Part shown: piece after piece, positions 12,201-25,025 of the stretch
Layout of the letters: each line of letters begins with the position of its first letter
Numbering within the stretch: the first letter of the stretch is position 1
Assembly (NCBI GenBank): GCA_951406725.2
Contig: OX597815.1
Location: 181,846,001 to 181,910,000, forward strand
Source of the DNA: Octopus vulgaris
Lineage: Eukaryota
Length of the DNA: 64,000 nucleotides
Direction: 5' to 3'
The notes under the pieces: generated by a model
The model's input: the letters and a program-made list of their open reading frames with translations, nothing else
Databases searched by the model: none
What the model was told of the DNA's origin: nothing
Program-made: the position numbers and the translations under genes

Positions 12201-12382
12201 CAGCTGATTACATTGACCCTAGTACATGACTGGTACTTTTTATCAATCCCTAAAAGACAAAAAGCAAGTTGAGCACATCAGAATTTGAACAAAGATTGTA
12301 AAGAGCTGGAAGAAGTGCGTTTTGTCCGACGCACCAGCAGTACTGCCAGCTTGTCACCTTTCTGTATGAATAATTAATGTAA

Positions 12383-12760
12383 GCAGGAGTGGCTGTGTGG
12401 TAAGGAGCTTGCTTACCAACCACATGGTTCCAGGTTCAGTCCCAGTGTGAAATGTTGGGCAAGTGTCTTCTACTATGGTCTCAGACCGACCAAAGCCTTG
12501 TGAGTGGATTTGGTAGACGGAAACTGAAAGAAGCCCATCGTATATGTGTGTGTGTTTGTTCCACCCACCCCCGTCATCGCTTGACAACCGATGCTGGTGT
12601 GTTTACATCCCTGTAACTTAGCATTTCGGCAAAAGTGACCAATAGGATAAGTACTAGGCTCACGAAGAATAAGTCCTGGGGTTGTTTTTCTTAAACTAAA
12701 AGTGGTGCCCCAGCATGGCCAGAGTCAAATGACTGAGACAAATAAAAGAATAATAGAATA
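12383..12760 (+). mobile_element. SINE family A
   Basis: Full head-microsatellite-tail structure. Confidence 0.85.
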
Positions 12761-13063
12761 AAAAAAAATAATAGATATTTCTTTCTTATTTTGATGTCCA
12801 TTCTTCCACTGCACTGCCGTGAATCCAATGGTCTTGCAATTATAATCTTTTTGGTTAAATGTGTAAATGAGACCATTTCTTGTGAAGATTGTAATTCTTT
12901 TCATGTCCAGAGCATAGATTCTCCTACCAATTGGTTGCTAAGAAACCTTGATGTAAATGATGCTTATGAGAATGCTGGAAACTGTACACAAAGATGCTGT
13001 CAGCAATTTGAGCGTTTGCTATGAGTTCAACAAAGTAATTGGATAAACAATTAGGTATACAAT

Positions 13064-13294
13064 AAGGCGGCGAGCTGGCAGAAACGTTAGCACGCCGGGC
13101 GAAATGCGTAGCCGTATTTCGTCTGTCATTACGTTCTGAGTTCAAATTCCGCCGAGGTCGACTTTGCCTTTCATCCTTTCGGGGTCGATAAATTAAGCAC
13201 CAGTTACGCACTGGGGTCGATGTAATCGACTTAATACCTATGTCTGTCCTTGTTTGTTCCCTCTGTCTTTAGCCCCTTGTGGGTAATAAAGAAA
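13064..13294 (+). mobile_element. SINE family B with TSD
   Basis: Flanked by taggtatacaat on both sides. Confidence 0.9.
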
Positions 13295-13959
13295 TAGGTA
13301 TACAATTAGGTATCTAGCATCTTGTCCTCTCTTTGTTAGAGGCCATCATATTATAAGAAAGGTAGGCGTTTAAACAAGCCTTCTGAGAGAACTTTCTGTA
13401 TAAGAATGATGTAGTTTTTTATAGCTGAATCTGGAGGGAGATTTTGAGCAGGAATGAGTGTAGGAATCTTATACAGTGTACTCAATAGGAAGTATGAGTG
13501 CATAGGAGATATAATGTGATCACAGATTGGCTGATTGAGCAAAAAAAGCCACTTTCTATGCAGCAGATGCACAGGAGCAGAAAATAGTATGAACATCATC
13601 ATCATCGTCATCATCATCATCAGTTAAGGTTTGTTTTCCATACTGGTATGGGTTGGACTGTTTGACCAGAGCTGGCAAGCTGAAGAGCTGAACCAGGCTC
13701 CAGTCTGATTTGGCCTGGTTTCTATGGCAACATGCCCTTCCTAATACCAACCACTTTACTGAGTGGGCTGAGTGTTGGGTGCATTTTATGTAGCCCCAGT
13801 GCAGGTGCATTTTAAATAACCCAGTACCGGTGCTTTTTGCATAGCCCCACACAGGTGGTTTTTACTCAGTGCTTTTCTTTCAAATTTTTAGAGAGTTCTC
13901 AAGAAATAGGTGATTCCTTATATTCTTTAGTACTCGAAGCACAAGGCCCGAAATTTTTG

Positions 13960-14245
13960 GGGGAAGGGTCCAATCGATTACACAACTGGTACTTAATTTA
14001 CCGACCCCAAAAGAATGAAAAGCAAAGTCTACCTCGGGGGATTTGAACTCAGAACATAAAGACAGACAAAATACCTATTTCTTTACTACCCACAAGGGGC
14101 TATACACAGAGAGGACGGACAAACAGATTAAGTCGATTACATCGACCCCAGTGCATAACTGGTACTTATTTAATCGACCCCGTAAGGATGAAAGGCAAAG
14201 TCGACCTCTGCAGAATTTGAACTCAGAACGTAACAGCAGTAAAAA
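13960..14245 (-). mobile_element. SINE family B tandem units
   Basis: Junction aaatacctatttctttactaccc, as in the 38-kb array. Confidence 0.7.
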
Positions 14246-14340
14246 GTAAGGGTGTTCTGAAAACATAATGGCCTACTTGAATTACATTGCGGGCCACTTT
14301 AATCACAGAAAGTTTTTGGGGGCCCCTTGTGTACTTTATG

Positions 14341-14710
14341 CACGAGTGGCTGTGTGGTAAGTAACTTGCGTGGCACCTTGGGCAAGTGTCTTCTACTATA
14401 GCCTCGAGCCGACCAAAACCTTGTGAGTGGATTTGGTAAACGGAAACTGAAAGAAGCCCGTCGTATATATGTATATATATATATATATGTACGTGTATGT
14501 GTTTGTATGTCTGTGTTTGTCCCCGCCAACATCACTTGACAACCGATGCTGGTGTGTTTACGTCTCCGTAACTTAGCGGTTCGGCAAAAGAGACCAATAG
14601 AATAAGTACTAGGCTTACAAAGAATAAGTCCTGGGGATCGATTTGCTCGACTAAAAGGCTCCAGCATGGCCGCAGTCAAAATGACTGAAACAAGTAAAAG
14701 AGTAAAAGAG
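14341..14710 (+). mobile_element. SINE family A nested in a hAT-like MITE that ends at about 14957
   Basis: A-family structure. The host ends gggcctcaggttggccagccctg, a Charlie-like terminus. Confidence 0.75.
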
Positions 14711-16427
14711 TATACTTTTCATTTATTTAATATTATAAAATTGTAGGCATTTGCTTTATTGTCATTTAGAAATTATCGTTAAAAAAAAAGAACAGTAGTA
14801 TCATTCTTTTTTTACTTTGCATTACAATCTTTAATTTTTGAGAAAATTTTTAAAATGTTTGTTTAAGCAAACCCATTTCAAGAAAGTATCAAGCTGGCGG
14901 CAAGATAAAAGTCTGCAGGATGCATGCAGCCCGTGGGCCTCAGGTTGGCCAGCCCTGGCTTAGATCAAGATGTGAAGAAGTTCATGAGAGTATTACCTCT
15001 GCTGGTACTCTCTTTTACTCTCTTTTACTTGTTTCAGTCATTTGACTGTGGCCATGCTAGAGCACCGCCTTTAGTTAAGCAAATCGACCCCAGGACTTAT
15101 TCTTTGTAAGCCTAGTACTTATTCTATCGGTCTGCTCATTATTATATTAGGAGATTTATATCATATATAGTGTTGTGAAGTATTCAAGAACGATGTCTGA
15201 AGAATGCCAAACCTTTAATTTAATACCACACTGAAGTTTGGCTTCATCCCACCAAATTTTACAGCTTTCTTACTATATGAATTAAAATATGCCAAACTGT
15301 AAACAATAGCTGATCTCAGTTTTTTTTATTATCTGCATAAACCTTTCACATTATGATAAAATTTTATCAAAATTATTTAGTGTTTTTGCTTGTATTTATT
15401 AAGATTTTTATCTTTCATAAATAGCAACCTTTAATACAAAACTTCTACATGAGGAAAAGCTGGAATGGTTAGATGTATAACTGAGACAGTGTGTCCTCGT
15501 GATCATTTTCATGTCTAATCACAACTCTGTTTTATGTCTTGTTTATTGGGTTAGTGCAGCCCCTTTTTGCTTTTCTTTGTGTCCTTTCTTATTTATTAAT
15601 ATACCTACTCATTTCAACTATTTCTTACACTATTTTTTTTACCTAAAAATCACTTGGGTTTTAATCAATAGTTTTCATTGCATGCTCTCTAGCTGTTACA
15701 GACAACATGCAATTATAGACACTTGTACATAGACTTCTTAATCACTACAATACATCAGTTTCCAGGGAGTTTTTTTTTTATGAAAAGAGGTTGCTAACAC
15801 CTCATCCAACACTTCTCTATTTCTAGAGAATTTGATCTGGTACGTAAGAGGTCTCCTACAACCGTTCTATGAGAGCAATATTACAGATTCTGAGAGGGAG
15901 AGAGAAAGAATTGAATGCTGTGTTCGGCTAATATTTTATTTTTTCACTCTGAAAAAATGGAAGACAATTTTCATTCTGGTTCTCTTCCTTCTCTTCATAT
16001 TCTTCATTTTGGTTCTCTTCATTCTCTTCATTTACTTCGTTCTGATTCTGCCATCTTTATTCTGGTTCTCTTCATTCAAAACCCATTCGGTTTTGAACTC
16101 AGAATGAAAAATCTAAAAAAAAAAAGGCCTGAATAAAGTATTCTAATGATTTTGCTACTTCGTTGCTGTACATAAACGGACCATTTTCTTCATATTAGTA
16201 TGTGTTGCTTTCTTCATATTGGTGTGTGTCTGCAACTTAATAAAATACTTACCATTACACAGTACCCCACCACCAATGTGGAACAGCTCCAAAATAGACT
16301 TGTAGGATTCAGTGGTCATCGGAGCCTGAACGTTCATACAGACCACCACCGAATCACATAATATTGTTGGTTGTCATTGCATTCACCATTTGTCTGAAGT
16401 GTTTCATAAAAGGATAGTAAGCCTTTG

Positions 16428-17750
16428 CTACAGAGAAGAGAACATCATTTTCTGGAACAGTTTTTACCATAATTAAGGAAAATTAACTCCGTTTTTCACG
16501 AAATGACTTCAGTGTTTTGTAAAATGGGCTGGCACCAAACGGTATATTTTTGCAAGAAAGTGAGCCATTTTCTGTGAAAATAAATTTTTGTTTGTTGTGT
16601 CTGGGGAGAGTCATTTTCTTTATGTGCCTTACAATGTAACACACTCACTGGTAAAATTTCCACTTACTTCATATTTTTATTCTCCTAAAATTTTCGTTGC
16701 ATTTTACAACCTTTTCAATAGTGTTTACTTGCAAACCATTATTTGCAAACCAAATCCAAAAACGAAGCATTTTTTTCCTAGAATGAAAACAAGTTTTCTG
16801 CAAAATGGCTTGTTATTTATAGTAAATACGTTATTTATTTCTTTTATTTTAAAGGAAGAACATCTATTTTTTAGTACAATAATTATGTTTCTTTCTCTAA
16901 ATAGTATGAGATCCTATCTTTCTGAAGAAACCAGCAAAAGTCAGCAAGCCTGGTGGGATTCCACTTATATCGAGTTTCCATTTGACTTATATCTTGGTGG
17001 AATCTCTACCATGTTCATCGCTGGCGTCTGTTGCATTCTGAGGAGATAAAGCTAGATGTGAATGCAAATAGTAAACTTTTAACGACATATTACACCCTAA
17101 TGACTTGTACTAATCAATCAACTTTTCTACAAGTGCTTCATAGTTGGCTGCTCTGTAATTCCCAAGCAGACCATAACATACGTTTCTGAAACTTTGCCTT
17201 GCATCCAATTCCAATGCATTTAAGGTGTTTTCAAAATTATCATCTATCAAAAGTTGCCAAATTTTGGGGACTTACAAACACCCCTTCTTTGATTTTTGCA
17301 TGGCTTAGTTCGGGAAACTTAGTTCTCAAGTACAAAAATGGTGGCTTTTCTATATTTAACTTCGTAAACTGTTTGATAAGGCCTAATTTAATATGTAGTG
17401 GCAGCAAAATTATTTTCTCCTTATGAGCTAGTGGTTCACATATAATGTTATGTGATCCTATTTCTGATTCATTTCTCAATGGCCATTCACTATGGATGAA
17501 ATGCTCTTCCCAAGCACGGCTGTCCCGTTAAGTATTTATAGGTATTTTATGGGTTTTTTTTCTCTGAAAATCTGAAAAATAAGAAAATAAAAATTATAAA
17601 AATACCCTAATATGAAAAAACTGAATTACCATAAACTAGAGTAATTCTGTGAGAAACGGTTGCCATTTTCCTGATCTATGCATAAAACTGCCTTAGAAAA
17701 CGTTATTCTCATCTCTGTAGTTGAAATAAGGGTCATTTTGGTTGTCATTG
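16428..17750 (-). mobile_element. Internally deleted Chapaev3-like (CMC) DNA transposon
   Basis: Minus-strand WPLR..GSHNII.EPL..EKIILLPLHIKLGLIKQF..YLRTKFPELSHAKIKEGVF and LLGNYRAANY..LGCNMSLK..LHSHL..SDEHG (16910-17530). Imperfect inverted subterminal repeats at 16428-16500 and 17649-17720. Confidence 0.7.
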
Positions 17751-19934
17751 CATTCACTATGTGTCTGAAATGTTTCATAAAAGGACAATGAGCCAAGAAT
17801 TGAACTCTACCCCACTATATCTAATAGTAAACCTAGTGTTTCTGAGATCCTCATACCATCACTCTGTCATGTCAGCAGCTGTATGAAGCACCAGCTCTAC
17901 ATTTCCCCCTAATCTTGGTTTTCGTCTTACAGCCAGACACATACATCAATAAGCCCTATCCTGTCTGATGGAGCACTCATCTTACCACAAATTCACCAGA
18001 GTTTCCTTCAACTCTTTCAAGAGCATTTGGAAGCTTCTTATTTTTACATGCCACCTGCAAGGGAGCCAGTTTGGCAGCACTGGCAACGACCACGCTTGAA
18101 TGTTGTTTTTCACGTGCCACCGGCACATGTGTCGGTGAGGCGATGCTGGTAATGATCACACTTGAAAGGTGCTTTTTACATGCCACCGGCACAGGAGCCA
18201 ATTTGTGGCCTTGGCAACAATTATGCTTGGATGTGCTTTTAACATTTGACTGGCACGAATGCCAATCAGGCAGTACTGTCTTCGATCACATCAGCGATTT
18301 TGATTTTGATTTTGATTTCACATGGCTCAACAGGTCTTCACAAGCAAAAGTTTATTGTCCAATGAATAAGGTGTACTCATAAGTGGGCTGGTTACACCCC
18401 ACGCTCGAAGGTTCTGGAAAATCAATATTGCATCTCAATATTTCTATATCAGAACAATATTTTTTCTCAAAGACAAAGTATCAATATCTACAAGCATACA
18501 CACAGTCACACACCCATGTTGAGATTTGAACACACAAACTTCAGACACAACTTTGAAATGTTAAATTGTCCATGATGCAAGTATTCTTTTTTCTTTTTTT
18601 CCCACAAGGGGCTAAACATAGAGGCGACAAACAAGGACAGACAAAGGGATTAAGTCGATTACATCGAATCCAGTGTGTAACTGGTACTTAATTTATCAAC
18701 CCTGAAAGGATGAAAGGCAAAGTCGACTTCAATGCAAGTATTCTGCTCTCTGAACTGACTTCATTAAAAAGAAGTGAAATTAAAGCTAATTATCCACCTA
18801 ATGGTTTCCATGATTCAGGTTTGAACACCAGTTCTTTAATTTCAGTTTACTTAGGAATCAGACTCCATTTATCAGAATAGTTCTTACAATATCAAGAAAG
18901 TAATATATTTTCATGTGAATTAATCATTCTACCCATACACTATAATCATAGACAAGTATTGGTTTCACCAAAATTTTAGAGGATCACCAAGCAGTTATCC
19001 ATATAATCCAGTTGTCAGGATAAAGGACTTTCAAAAATCTATCCTATGTGATATCTGATCAGCTCAGCCTACCATGTGTCTATGACCATGGTTTATTACA
19101 ATGTGAGTTCATGCAATATTTTTACCAAGAAGCATAGTCACAGAATGAATGTTGTATCTGCAGCTGTGTTGCCAGTCATTTTTAGCGCAATGATATTTCT
19201 TCGGGTTACTATATAACTTTATACGATGTCGCTTCACCTTTTGAAATGTAAATGACTTATGTTGAACTGAGACACTAAACAGCAAGGACACCAATCACTA
19301 TAAATTTGATTAGAATTTACAATATCAATTTTCCAAAAGTTTATTTATTATTATATAATGTCTACAGTACTAAATAAAAACTGATCATAAAAAAAGCTCT
19401 CGTTACTTAAGATATATGGAATGAAACTGGAAAGAGAAATTTAACAAAATGAATTCCATCTCTACTTTTATTCAAACCATTATTTGAACAAAAAAATACC
19501 AACATTGTTGAAGGAATTAACATTGGATGGGAAAATAATAAATCAATTAGATCAATCAATAAATCAAGATTCATAAACTAAAAGCACTTCTCCTGTAAAT
19601 GGAACCTACATAAAAGCTATCTCACTCGCTCGTCCCTTCTCTCATTTCTCCCATAAATATGCGGCTTGTGTACTAAAAGGAAACAATAGATTTTGTGAAG
19701 AACCATAGAAGGGACGTAAAATCTAACACTGGAATGTGTTAGGCTGTGTTGAGAATCCTTTAGTATTTAATTCGTTTAACAGATGTCATCATTGTCCTTG
19801 ATAAAACCATGGACATCACAATATCTACTTTATAATACAGTTCAATATTCAAGAGATGAGGAATTATGTACATTATTTACATTATATACATTATTTACAT
19901 TTGACAAATATTTGTATTCATCATGTTTGTTGTT

Positions 19935-19980
19935 AACACAACACTTCGGCTGATATACCCTCCAGCCTTCTTCAGGTGTC
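19935..19980 (-). ncRNA. Minimal type I hammerhead ribozyme motif (mutated copy)
   Basis: GACAC CTGAAGA A GGCTG gagggtatat CAGCC GAAGT GTT GTGTT; GAAAC has become GAAGT. Confidence 0.6.
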
Positions 19981-20045
19981 TTGGGGAAATTTCGAACCTG
20001 GGTTCTCATTCCTAAGGTATTTTTCGATGCTATTATTATGCCCAC

Positions 20046-20117
20046 AGGCATATGGCATAGTGGTTAGAGTACAGGCTACTAACCCCGAGATTCCGAGATC
20101 GATTCCAGGCAGTAACC
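20046..20117 (+). promoter_or_regulatory. tRNA-derived internal Pol III promoter (A and B boxes)
   Basis: TGGCATAGTGG (A box), ggCTACTAAcc anticodon-like loop, GAGATCGATTCC (B box; GAGTTCAATTCC in copy 3). Confidence 0.7.
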
Positions 20118-20194
20118 TGAATAATAATAATAATAATGATAATAACATTGAAAAATACCTTAGGAATGAGAACCTAGGTTCGAAATTCCCCCAA

Positions 20195-20241
20195 GACACC
20201 TGATGAAGGCTGGAGGGATATATCAGCTGAAACCTTTTGTT
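20195..20241 (+). ncRNA. Minimal type I hammerhead ribozyme motif (mutated copy)
   Basis: GACAC CTGATGA A GGCTG gagggatatat CAGCT GAAAC CTT TTGTT. Confidence 0.6.
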
Positions 20242-21166
20242 AACAACAAACAAGATGAGAACAAATATCCGTCAAATGTAAATAATGTACTTTATAATAG
20301 TCATACACTGTATGCAGCATCTGTATTCAGGATAATATGAGGTCATACATCATTAAATTTATCTTGTACTTAAATATAAACAATAGGAGAGGCCACTATG
20401 TGGATCCCTTGGATGCTAAAAATAGACGTCGAACTGTCATACCACAAAATATGCATTCTCAAATTAGCAAGATGCAAGATGCTTATGAGCTTCACAAATG
20501 AAAAGAAATAAACCATGGTCCTTAAGTATACTGACCACTGGTTGAAATTGATATTATTTGATAATTTTAATTTCTATTCTTATTATGTATCTTTTACACT
20601 TTGAGAGTATATACTTGGTATTTTTTTTATCAGAAAATATTTAGTATATATTTTGCAGAATACAACCTGCAGACTAAAGAGATGTTTCTCAGTATTTGGT
20701 ATAAACAATAAAGAGTTTTAGTTCAAATTTCATCCTGTTTTTATCTGCATAGCTCAGCCAGTAGAGCATCAAGGTTTTGTAGCTTGGTAACTGAAGGCAT
20801 CTAAAGGTTGTGGGCAGAGCAAATAAGTTAGAATAAAGAAGCCAAGGTGAGCATTACTATCATGTTGGCTATAACTAGGATAAGATTAATTATTCTCTTA
20901 CACACTCTATATGGATTAATCCATCTATCTATTTTTCTCTCAATAATATGCTCATACGATTAGCCCCATGCCAAAAATATGCTCATACAATTAACTCAAT
21001 ACTATTACTGGAGAATTTGTACCTGTTCCCTGACTGTAAAGAGTTGCTGAGTCTCCCTTTTATCTTAATTCTTGTACAACACATCTCCCCTTCAACTCTG
21101 ACATCTTTAAAATCTCTTCAGATCTACCTTCCTTCAGGCCAGATGGTGACAGGTTTGAAGTTTTAG

Positions 21167-21390
21167 GCTAGCAGAAACGTTTGCACACCGGGTGAAATGC
21201 GTAGCCGTATTTCGTCTGCCGTTACGTTCTGAGTTCAAATTCCTCCAAGGTCAACTTTGCCTTTCATCCTTTCGGGGTCGATTAAATAAGTACCAGTTAC
21301 GCACTGGGGTCGATATAATCGATTTAATCCATCTGTCTGTCCTTGTTTGTCCCCTCTGCATTTAGCCCCTTGTGGGTAGTAAAGAAATAA
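21167..21390 (+). mobile_element. SINE family B with TSD
   Basis: gtttgaagttttag on both sides. Confidence 0.85.
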
Positions 21391-22370
21391 GTTTGAAGTT
21401 TTAGTTTAATCACTTGCAAACAACTTGCACATGCAAGTGCTACCAGTCGAGAACTTCACATACCAGAAGCCAGCAAGTGTATGGGGTCATCAGGAGAGAA
21501 TGCACACCGTTTTGGGGCCTACCTCTCGACGGCATGAATGCGCACCAGCACCCCTCACTGATATGAAACCCCGCTTGCTAGATCAACTGGTTACTAAATA
21601 TGGCACAATATTCTTCTAGCCATTGCTCATCGTCTCTTTTAACCAAATCCAGTGGCTAGCCTTTCCCACTGTGGTTTGGATATCTGTCAGGGTGGTATTT
21701 ACCTTACGATGAGTTAGGCGTAACGATAACAACAGTCCTCTTACACAGTGTCCAACAAAGCCTCTACATGCCCGATGGTGACAGGTCTAAAGTTTTAGTT
21801 AAAAAATGGAGAGGAAAGTTTCTGGTTAGATGTCTATTTTATTCTTTTGAAAGAAAGAGAGCAAGTGCAATAGTCTGATGACAGTCACAGAGTTCCCACA
21901 AACACCCAGATTCTCCAGCCTGGCCATCCTGCTGCTAACACGGTCAGCACTAATCTTTTAAATGCAATTCAGGTTTTACATTGTATTCATGTCTGTTATG
22001 ATTTTTGGCATAGTTTTATTAGCTGGTTGTTTTTCCTACCACAAACCAATTTGCAGTAAGGACCAAGTACATTTTCTTATATCATCCACATTAGAATGGT
22101 TGTCTTCTGATAAGCCCAAAGAGTTTCCTTTACACAGTATCAGCATTTTTATTTTAAAATCTAGAGTTACTGGTTTTCTCTACACACTTATGTTCAACAT
22201 GATACATATACTGGTTGCTCTGTTCTGACTTGCAGTGTCCACATTTCTTTCACACAGATTTTTATTCAAAGGTAATTTTCTCAAAGAATGGTTGAAGCAA
22301 AGTAGGCTCTCTATAAACAGATCTGTTTCTTTCTATGCTTATGTATTTGTGTGTGTATATGAATATGTGT

Positions 22371-22415
<45 letters not shown>

Positions 22416-23425
22416 TTTCCTTTTGTTTTATAGTAATTTGTGTATCAACAAAACAAATAATATTTGCCACTGGCTTGGAGAAAAAATATAAACTCTTTAA
22501 ATTCCACAAATAAAATCAATAACCATGCTACGTTTGAGGAAAAAAAAAAAAAAAACGTGTTGTGGTGAAATAGGAGACTGAATTGCTTAATTAGAGATAA
22601 AAATATATTATCCTACTTACAAACTTGCAGATCACAAGACAATAATTAAATATATCAATTTTTATTTGTTTTTATTTTTTCAACTTAGAATGTTCTTTTC
22701 GGTTCCGTCTTCTGTTGCAAATTATCACCGCTATTGTTCACATGTGCCTGTGTTCATATCTATATACACAGAAGCATACATACACACCCACAAACAACAC
22801 ATGCAACATACATACACAACACACTCCTGCACATACACACACACACACACACATATATATATATTGGTTAAAGTGAAATTATAAAGTATTATCAAATTAT
22901 GTGCGTATCATTTTAATAACATTATTTAAGAAATTGTTATCATTAATATTATTATTATTCTTCCTGTATTTTATCTCGGCAAGACATGTTTAATAATGCT
23001 CTTGTTTTTAAAATACTTTTCTGGATTTGTTTTATTTTTTTCGGAACTGGGTGACTTTTTGTGTCATTTCGATGCCACAAAAAAAAAAAGAAAAAAAGTC
23101 ATCCATTTCAAGTTACTTCAAAGACAAATGAGCAGTTTGTTTGTTTAACCTTTTTGTTCAATTTAAGTGAGAAAAAAAGAAGAGTGAAAAAATAAAAATA
23201 GATATTTGATCACGTCGATGAACACAGATTGTTGGTGCTACAGACTTCATCAAAGAAAAGTGCTGATAGTTCATTGGAAAACACACATCATCATCATTTA
23301 ATGTCCGTTTTCCATGCTGGCATGGGTTGGATGGTTTGACAGGAGCTGGCGAGCTGGAGTGCAACACTGGGCCCCAATAGTCTATTTTGGCACCCTTTCT
23401 ATGGCTGGATGCCTTTCCTAATGCC

Positions 23426-23652
23426 TATTTCTTTATTACCCACAAGGGGCTAAACACAGAGGGGACAAACAAGGACAGACATAGGTATTAAGTCGATTAC
23501 ATCGACCCCAGTGCGTAACTGGTACTTAATTTATCGACCCCGAAAGGATGAAAGGCAAAGTCGACCTCGGCGGAATTTGAACTCACAACGTAACGCAGAC
23601 GAAATACCGCTAAGCATTTCACCCGGCGTGCTAACGTTTCTGCCAGCTTGCC
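23426..23652 (-). mobile_element. SINE family B nested in an RTE tail (about 23287-23765)
   Basis: Flanking duplication gcctttcctaatgcc. Confidence 0.85.
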
Positions 23653-23837
23653 TTTCCTAATGCCATCCACTTTACAGAGTGTACTGGGTGCTTTTAATGT
23701 GACACCAGTATAGAAGCTTTTAACATGTCCCCCAGCCAGCACATGTGCCTTATACATAGCACCAGCAGGAAGGACTGCCTGATGTGAGAGGGAGTGGAAC
23801 TGAGGGAAGTAGCTGTGAGCCAGGTGAAAGGTTAGAG

Positions 23838-24038
23838 CAGTGGTTTTCAACCAGGGTTCCGCCAGTACAGTCCAAGGGTTCCGCAAGAAGTTACAAAAAT
23901 GCTAAAATCAGCAGTAATTTTGAATTCTCCTGTGCAGATATGTGTGCATAAGACAGTTAAATTATTGCACAGGGGTTCCTCGAGCCAGTGAAATGTTTTC
24001 TTGGGATTCCGCTCCAGCAAAAAGTTTGAAAAGCACTG
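23838..24038. mobile_element. hAT-Charlie-type MITE
   Basis: TIRs CAGTGGTTTTCAA / TTGAAAAGCACTG. Perfect 8-bp TSD GGTTAGAG (23830-23837, 24039-24046) with central TA. Confidence 0.9.
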
Positions 24039-24262
24039 GGTTAGAGTATGATAGGTAGTTATCTTACTATAGAGGGAATACTTGGCTACCCCATAAGAGG
24101 AAAGAGACAGCGAGAGAGAGAGTGAGAGAGAGAGAGAGAAAGAGAGAGAAAGAGAAAATATTGAAAAACAGAGCACATGTTAAAAAAAATATTTATGAAT
24201 TTTGATATAAATGCAAGTGATTTTGACGACTTGCTTAAAAATAATGGAAACGGCAACATACA

Positions 24263-24757
24263 TAGGTGCAGGAGTGGCTGTGTGCTAAGTAGCTTGCTTA
24301 CCAACCGCATGGTTCCAGGTTTAGTCCCACTGCGTGGTACCTTGGGCAAGTGTCTTCTACTATAGCTTCGGGCCGATCAAAGCCTTGTGAGTGGATTTGG
24401 TAGACGGAAACTGAAAGAAGTCTGTTGTATATATATATATATATATCACGTGGTCACGTGATCGACCAGGCTATCAGATGTTGCTACACATTGCTGGTCA
24501 CAATGCGCTTCACATTGTTTTAGCCTTCAAATGATGCCACCCTACTGGGTAAGCAAGCAGGCCTACAGAAGAAAGAGTGAGAGAAAGTTGTGGCGACAGA
24601 GTACTGCAGGGATCACCACCACCCCCTGCCAGAGCCTGGGGTAGTTTTAGGTGTTTTCGCTCAATAAACACTCACAATGAAACCACAATCCTACGACCGC
24701 GAGTCCACTGCCCTAGCCACTGGGCCATTGTGCCTCCACACGCACACACACACACAA

Positions 24758-24794
<37 letters not shown>

Positions 24795-25025
24795 CATCTG
24801 TATGTATGTATATGTTTGTGTGTATGTGTTTGTCTCCCCAACATCGCTTGACAACCAATGCTGGTGTGTTTACGTCCCCGTTACTTAGTGGTTAGGCAAG
24901 AGAAACTGGTAGAATAAGTACTAGGCTTACAAAAAATAAGTCATGGGGTCGATTTGCTCGACTAAAAAAGGTGGTGCTCCAACATGGCAGCAGTCAAATG
25001 ACTGAAACAAATAAAATAAATAAAA
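24263..25025 (+). mobile_element. SINE family A with a family C SINE (24446-24738, minus) inserted in its central microsatellite
   Basis: A head 24263-24430 and A tail 24790-25025. The insert has the Arg-like head ggaggcacaatggcccagtgg on the minus strand. Confidence 0.8.

Larger units (their letters stand above)
19838..20287. mobile_element. tRNA-head/hammerhead inverted-arm element, copy 2 (complete)
   Basis: 12-bp TSD TACTTTATAATA at 19826-19837 and 20288-20299. Inverted arms at about 19838-20037 and 20138-20287. tRNA-like head at 20046-20117. Confidence 0.85.

Noticed and set aside
12791-13024. Cys-rich 77-aa ORF
   Set aside because: No recognisable domain or splice context; it lies beside old RTE debris.
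15950-16110. Short degenerate tandem ttctggttctcttc repeats
   Set aside because: Low-complexity and probably part of an old transposon; it cannot be classified.
20046-20117. Functional tRNA gene (likewise the heads of SINE families A-D)
   Set aside because: No clean acceptor stem or cloverleaf, copies are divergent, and each is fused to a repeat body.
20753-20847. Segment with a good acceptor and AAG|gtgagc donor
   Set aside because: Stops in all three frames and no other support; at best a non-coding exon.
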